This document shows positions 59,387 to 64,000 of a stretch of DNA of 64,000 nt, in pieces. The translations under genes and the position numbers were made by a program. Position 1 is the stretch's first letter, and every line of letters begins with the position of its first letter. The notes under the pieces are model-generated. The model was not told the DNA's origin, did no database searches, and worked only from the letters and a program-made list of their open reading frames with translations. The stretch is from an uncultured Gemmatimonadales bacterium (GTDB lineage: Bacteria > Gemmatimonadota > Gemmatimonadetes > Gemmatimonadales > GWC2-71-9), in the NCBI GenBank assembly GCA_963730185.1, contig CAVSQW010000007.1:96001-160000 (forward strand). Reading direction: 5' to 3'.

Positions 59387-59928
59387 CAGGGGACGTCTCC
59401 CCGCCCCTCCCGGTGGTTGGCGACCCGGGCCAGGGTGAAGAGCAGGTCGGAGAGCCGATTGAGGTAGATCAGGAAGAGCTCGGGGACGGACTCGTCGGAG
59501 GCCAGCGACACCACGCTTCGCTCCGCCCGGCGGCAGACGGTCCGGGCCAGGTGAAGTGCGGCGGCCTTGGGGGTGCCGGCCGGCAGGATGAAGCGCGTGA
59601 GGGCCGGCAGCTCGCGATCGGCGGCGTCGATCAGGGCCTCGAAGGCCGTGACCCGCTCGGGGCCGAGAGCCGCCTTTTCGAGAGCCGCCCGGACCTTGTC
59701 CGGATCGGGCGTGGCCAGATGGCCGCCGATCGCGAAGAGGTCGCGCTGGATCTGCTCCAGCTCGGCGGCGAAGAGGTCGGTCGGCTGGGTGGCCCGGACC
59801 ACTCCCAGGGTGGAGTTGAGCTCGTCGACGTCGCCGTAGGCCGCGACCCGGGGGTGATGCTTGGAGACCCGACCGCCACCGAACAGGCCGGTCGAGCCTT
59901 CGTCTCCGGTTCTGGTATAGATCTTCAC
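59383..59928 (-). CDS. pduO: PduO-type ATP:cob(I)alamin adenosyltransferase
   Basis: KIYTRTGD.G.T, GDVDELNS, RTVCRRAER and YLNRLSD; likely GTG at 59928. Confidence 0.92.
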   Translation of the reverse strand: MKIYTRTGDEGSTGLFGGGRVSKHHPRVAAYGDVDELNSTLGVVRATQPTDLFAAELEQIQRDLFAIGGHLATPDPDKVRAALEKAALGPERVTAFEALIDAADRELPALTRFILPAGTPKAAALHLARTVCRRAERSVVSLASDESVPELFLIYLNRLSDLLFTLARVANHREGRGDVPW

Positions 59929-60007
59929 CGCCGCCTCTCGAGTCCAGGACACAGGGCCGCTCCGAGTCGGGAAGAATAGGGCGGCGGTCCGGCCGATGAC
60001 AGCGGGG

Positions 60008-61549
60008 CTAGCGCCGGCGGCGGACCTTGGCCGCCCGACCGATGTCCACCACCACGCTGTCGATCGCCCGGATCATGGCCCGGCCACCCAGCGTGTGGTG
60101 ATTCGCCTGGACGCTGAAGATCCGGATCGGCGCCCGGCCGAACGCGGTGGAGTCTTCGGTCGGCTCGAGGTAGCCCGACAGGGTGTTGACCTGGCCGATG
60201 CTCCCGGTCTTGGCCCGGACCAGTCCCTCGAGCGGGGTGTCGTGGAACCGGGTTCGGAGGGTGCCGATCTCGCCGGCCTGGGGAAGACCGGCGGCGAAGG
60301 TTCGGTAACCCGGACGGTTCCGGATGAAACGGAGGATCTTCGCGAAGGTCAGCGGGGTGACGAGGTCCTTGGCGGAGAGGCCGGACCCGTCGTGGACCAG
60401 GAACTGGGTCGAGTCGATGCCCATCGAGTCGACCAGAAAGCGGCGCTCGATCCGGAGTCCCTCGTCCCAGCTGCCGGCCTCTCCGAACGCCCGCCCCAGC
60501 TCTTTGCAGAGCGTCTCGGCGTACCAGTTCTGGCTCACGTTCAGGATCGCGAAGATCCAGTCGGCGAGCGGCCGGGAGGCGATCTCGGCCAAGGGCGTGG
60601 TGGCCCGGGCCGGCGCCGTCGCGGCGGAGTCGGCGGTGGCCCGCACGGTGCCGCGGACCGCGATCCCGGCCGCTTCGAGGGCCCGGCGGAAGGCGAGGGC
60701 GGTCCACCGGTTCCCGTCGGGGGCGGCCAGGGTCAGCTGGCGGGGCGACGAGCCCAGCCGGACGGTCCCGCTCACCGTGACCCGCCAGCTCCCGGGCTCG
60801 CGGGCCACCTCGAGGTCGGCGGTGGTGTCGTCGATGGTGGTGGTCCGATTGACCAGCTCGACCGCGCCCAGGTCGGGGTCGAGGGCCAGCCGCGCCGGCG
60901 CGCCGGGGCTCAGCGCGGGGGTGACCTCGAGCGTGAAGACGTTCTCGTGGAATCCCAGCGCGGTGACCGGCGCGGCGTAACCCCAGACCAGGTCGTCGTT
61001 CTCCCAGGTCGGGTGCACGGCGGTGGGCTCGAACCAGCTGCCGTCGCCGATCACGTCGCCCTCGACCACCCGAACTCCGCGCTCGCGAACCTGCGCGGCC
61101 AGGCGGTCGAGCGGGGCGCTGGCCACCGAGTCGCAGACCCCGACCGCGAGGGTGTCGAGCCCGAAGCACCGGGGGCCCCAGGTCGGATCGCCCCGGCCGT
61201 AGAGGACCAGGTCGCCCTCGAGGACGCCGTCGTGGATCGGGGCCGCGCCGTACACGGAGGTCCGGACCGTCCAGTCGGGGCCGAGCCGCGAGGTCGCGAC
61301 CGAGGTGACGATCAGTTTGGTGTTGCTGGCCGGCATGAAGAGCCGCTCGGCGTTCCGGCCGTACAGGAGCTTGCCGTGCCCGTCGAGCACCGCGATTCCC
61401 CAGAGGTTCCGGTCGAGCGGGGGGCGCTCGAGCCGGCGGGTCAGGCGTTTGGCCAGGGACTGGGCGGCGAGTGGCGGCGGAGTGGCGACGGTGTGGACGC
61501 CGCCGGTCAGCAACGTCATGACGAAGGCGACTGTCTTGGAGCTAGGCAC
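60008..61549 (-). CDS. dacB: D-Ala-D-Ala carboxypeptidase/endopeptidase (PBP4)
   Basis: PASNTK (SxxK), SQN, DGSGLS and AKTGS. Confidence 0.92.
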   Translation of the reverse strand: MPSSKTVAFVMTLLTGGVHTVATPPPLAAQSLAKRLTRRLERPPLDRNLWGIAVLDGHGKLLYGRNAERLFMPASNTKLIVTSVATSRLGPDWTVRTSVYGAAPIHDGVLEGDLVLYGRGDPTWGPRCFGLDTLAVGVCDSVASAPLDRLAAQVRERGVRVVEGDVIGDGSWFEPTAVHPTWENDDLVWGYAAPVTALGFHENVFTLEVTPALSPGAPARLALDPDLGAVELVNRTTTIDDTTADLEVAREPGSWRVTVSGTVRLGSSPRQLTLAAPDGNRWTALAFRRALEAAGIAVRGTVRATADSAATAPARATTPLAEIASRPLADWIFAILNVSQNWYAETLCKELGRAFGEAGSWDEGLRIERRFLVDSMGIDSTQFLVHDGSGLSAKDLVTPLTFAKILRFIRNRPGYRTFAAGLPQAGEIGTLRTRFHDTPLEGLVRAKTGSIGQVNTLSGYLEPTEDSTAFGRAPIRIFSVQANHHTLGGRAMIRAIDSVVVDIGRAAKVRRRR

Positions 61550-61709
61550 TTGTGGGCTCGATCCCCAACTTTGGCGAGGTGCGTCGTCCAGCGCGGCGGA
61601 GCTGACAATGTGCTGGAATGAGGTGGCGTAACAGTTTCAGGCTACTACATTTAGGGGTTCCGGTCAATCGCCGGAAGGCCGCGCAACCGGAGGGGGTCAC
61701 GGCGAAGGG

Positions 61710-63857
61710 ATGTTGCGGAATTGGGCAGTGGGTCGAATTGCCGTCCGAATCGGGATTGGCGTCGCGCTCGGGATCGGTTTCGTTCCGGCGGCGGGGCCCG
61801 TGCGGCTGGCCGCGCAGGACACCGACCTGATCGTCCGCAAGCTGGACTTCGAAGGCAATCACTCGATCGACGATCAGTCGCTCAAGGCCGCGATCGCGAC
61901 CACCAAATCGAGCGACTTCGCGACCTTTCCGTTGGTGAGCTGGATGGGGCTGGGCGAGAAGCGCCGGTTCAACGAGCGTGACTTCCGGATCGACGCGGCC
62001 AGGATCCGGCTCTTCTATCAGCTGTCGGGGTTCCTCGACGCCCAGGTCGATACCTTGGTGCGCCGGACCGACGAGAACGTCTACATCACTTTCCGGATCC
62101 ACGAAGGGCAGCCGGTTCGGATCACCAAGTTTTCGATCGAGGGGCTGGACTCCCTCCCCGATCGTGCCGACGTGGTCCGGGATCTTCCGCTCGGACTCGG
62201 CGATCCCTATAACCGGTACCTGGTGCTCGCCACGGGCGACACCATCCAGTCCCGGCTCCTGGATCGGGGGTACCCCACCGCCACCGTCTACGTCGGCCGC
62301 CGCGAGGTGGACCGGGAGGCGCACTCCGCGAACCTCCAGCTCATCGTCGATCCGGGCCGCTCGGCCCGGATCGGCGCGATCCGGGTGGTTGGGACCAACG
62401 AGGTGGACTCGGTCTTCGTCCGGACGCTCCTCACCACCAGGCGAGGGCGCACGTTCCGGCAGAGCGATCTCTACCGGAGTCAGCTCAACCTCTACCAGTC
62501 GGGGCTCTTCCGGTTTGCCTCAGTCACCGTGGACACGCTGGCGTTCAGCATCGGCGACCCCTTGGTGCCGCTGCTGGTCCAGGTCGACGAGGGCCCGATG
62601 CACCGGGCCCAGGCCGGGGTGGGCTACGGCACCAACGATTGCTTCCGGGCCAACGTCGGGTGGACGGCGCGGAACGTCGGGGGCAACGGCCGGGTGTTCG
62701 ACGTGTCGGCCCGGCTCTCCAAGATCGGGGTGGCCGGCTTTCCACTCGGCCTCCACGCGGAGCGGTCGTGGGTGTGCGGGTCGCTCGACCGGGACACGAT
62801 CGGATCGCGGGAACCCAACTTCGGCACCACGGTCTCGTTCCGCCGGCCGGCCTTCCTGTCGCCGTCGAACGCGCTCACCGCGTCGGCCTTCGCGGAGCGG
62901 CGCTCGGAATACCTGGTGTACCAGCGGGAGGACATCGGCGCCAGTCTGACCTTCAATCGAGAGACGTTCAAGCGGATCCCGTTTGTGCTCACCTATCGGG
63001 TCTCGTACGGCTCTACCAAGGCGGACCCAGCCAGCTTCTGCAGCGTCTTCAACGCCTGTATCGCGTCCGACATCCAGGAGCTGGAGCGGCGCCGGGTGCT
63101 GGCGACCCTCACGGCGTCGATCAGCCGCGCCCGGGTGAACAGCGTGATCGACCCGAGCCGGGGCTCGATCTACAGTGCCGAGGTGACCCACAGCTCGCGG
63201 TTCATCGGCTCGTCCCGGCTGGCCCAGTTCACCCGGGTGGTCGGTGACGGCTCCTGGTATCGCGCGCTGGGGAGCGAGGTGGTGCTGGCGACTCACCTCC
63301 GGGGCGGCCTGATCTTCTCCCCCGGGGTCGAGCTGGGCGGCGCCAGCGGCAATTTCGTGCCGCCGGAGCAGCGATTCTATGCCGGCGGCGCCAACGACGT
63401 GCGGGGCTACGACCGGAACGAGCTGGGGCCGGTGGTCTACGTGGTGTCGTCCGACCTGGCCAACGGTGGCGACCCCAACCGGAACGACGTGCGGGTGGCC
63501 CCGATCGGCGGCAACACGGTAGTGGTGGGCAACGTGGAGCTCCGGCTGCCGTCGCCGGTGTTGCCAGGCCGGCTCCGATGGGCGGCGTTCGTCGATGCCG
63601 GGGGGGTGTGGGCGCGGGGCACCACGGTGCCGTCGACTCGCGCCATTCGCGTGACGCCGGGGCTCGGACTCCGGCTCGCCACGCCGCTCGGCCCGGCCCG
63701 CCTCGACGTGGCGTACAACGGCTACGATCTGCCGCGCGGCACGCTCTACGTACTCGATGCCGCGACCGGCGACCTCACCGCGCTGCGGGACGACTACCGC
63801 CGGCCGGGCTCGACGACCGGGCTCAACCTGCAGATCTCCGTGGGGCAGGCGTTCTGA
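61710..63857 (+). CDS. BamA/TamA family outer-membrane protein
   Basis: Signal peptide, POTRA-like repeats, RFYAGGANDVRGY, TPLGPARLD and terminal GQAF. Confidence 0.9.
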   Translation: MLRNWAVGRIAVRIGIGVALGIGFVPAAGPVRLAAQDTDLIVRKLDFEGNHSIDDQSLKAAIATTKSSDFATFPLVSWMGLGEKRRFNERDFRIDAARIRLFYQLSGFLDAQVDTLVRRTDENVYITFRIHEGQPVRITKFSIEGLDSLPDRADVVRDLPLGLGDPYNRYLVLATGDTIQSRLLDRGYPTATVYVGRREVDREAHSANLQLIVDPGRSARIGAIRVVGTNEVDSVFVRTLLTTRRGRTFRQSDLYRSQLNLYQSGLFRFASVTVDTLAFSIGDPLVPLLVQVDEGPMHRAQAGVGYGTNDCFRANVGWTARNVGGNGRVFDVSARLSKIGVAGFPLGLHAERSWVCGSLDRDTIGSREPNFGTTVSFRRPAFLSPSNALTASAFAERRSEYLVYQREDIGASLTFNRETFKRIPFVLTYRVSYGSTKADPASFCSVFNACIASDIQELERRRVLATLTASISRARVNSVIDPSRGSIYSAEVTHSSRFIGSSRLAQFTRVVGDGSWYRALGSEVVLATHLRGGLIFSPGVELGGASGNFVPPEQRFYAGGANDVRGYDRNELGPVVYVVSSDLANGGDPNRNDVRVAPIGGNTVVVGNVELRLPSPVLPGRLRWAAFVDAGGVWARGTTVPSTRAIRVTPGLGLRLATPLGPARLDVAYNGYDLPRGTLYVLDAATGDLTALRDDYRRPGSTTGLNLQISVGQAF

Positions 63858-64000
63858 TGCGCCGGGCCGTGGCGCGGGGCGTGTTCGTCGGGATCGCGAC
63901 CCTGATCGCGGCGATCCTGGGAGCCACCGGCGCGGTGATCCTGACCCGGCCGGGGCGCTCGCTCCTGGCTCGACTGGTCACCGAGGAGTCGAACCGGCTG
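63857..64000 (+). CDS. Probable TamB-like protein (5' fragment)
   Basis: TGATG overlap; MRRAVARGVFVGIATLIAAILGATGAVILTRPGR N-terminal anchor. The call rests on gene context. Confidence 0.55.
   Translation, partial: MRRAVARGVFVGIATLIAAILGATGAVILTRPGRSLLARLVTEESNRL

Noticed and set aside
59383..59928. Cobalamin biosynthesis cluster or B12 riboswitch
   Set aside because: pduO stands alone between dacB and aroB; no other cob genes or B12 box seen.
91..63718. Numerous long overlapping ORFs in the track (e.g. 25764..28400-, 30067..32085-, 11799..13613-, 7405..9105-)
   Set aside because: Shadow frames of real genes in very GC-rich DNA: Arg/Pro/Gly-rich, with no motifs.

Overview
A gene-dense, very GC-rich bacterial chromosomal segment with about 52 genes. 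The protein families and codon style suggest Gemmatimonadota, which is an inference. I found no rRNA, tRNA, CRISPR array, transposase or prophage gene. Envelope and exported proteins: S1/P1 nuclease, TonB-dependent receptor, NlpC/P60, M24/M28/M48/M66-like peptidases, a 14-blade propeller lipoprotein, DacB and a TamA/TamB-like pair. Housekeeping: aroB, pduO, glcDEF, ygfZ and a sigma-70 factor. There are also several transporters and Ser/Thr kinases. The most notable items are: (1) one ORF fusing an XRE-type HTH, a catalytically dead Ser/Thr kinase and a duplicated MacB/FtsX orphan permease, with an internal RBS and GTG; (2) an operon of a GcvT-like protein, two phytoene-dehydrogenase/PYROXD2-like flavoproteins and a Rieske oxygenase, possibly an uncharacterised N-demethylation pathway; (3) three G-rich/C-rich heptamer-based palindromic elements, all between convergent genes and containing most of their stop codons; (4) recurrent intergenic motifs (an IHF-like dyad and a CGTTAGGC cluster); (5) a frameshifted DksA-like mini-gene. 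Several single-base frameshifts suggest indel errors in the assembly, so broken genes and fusions need checking against reads.
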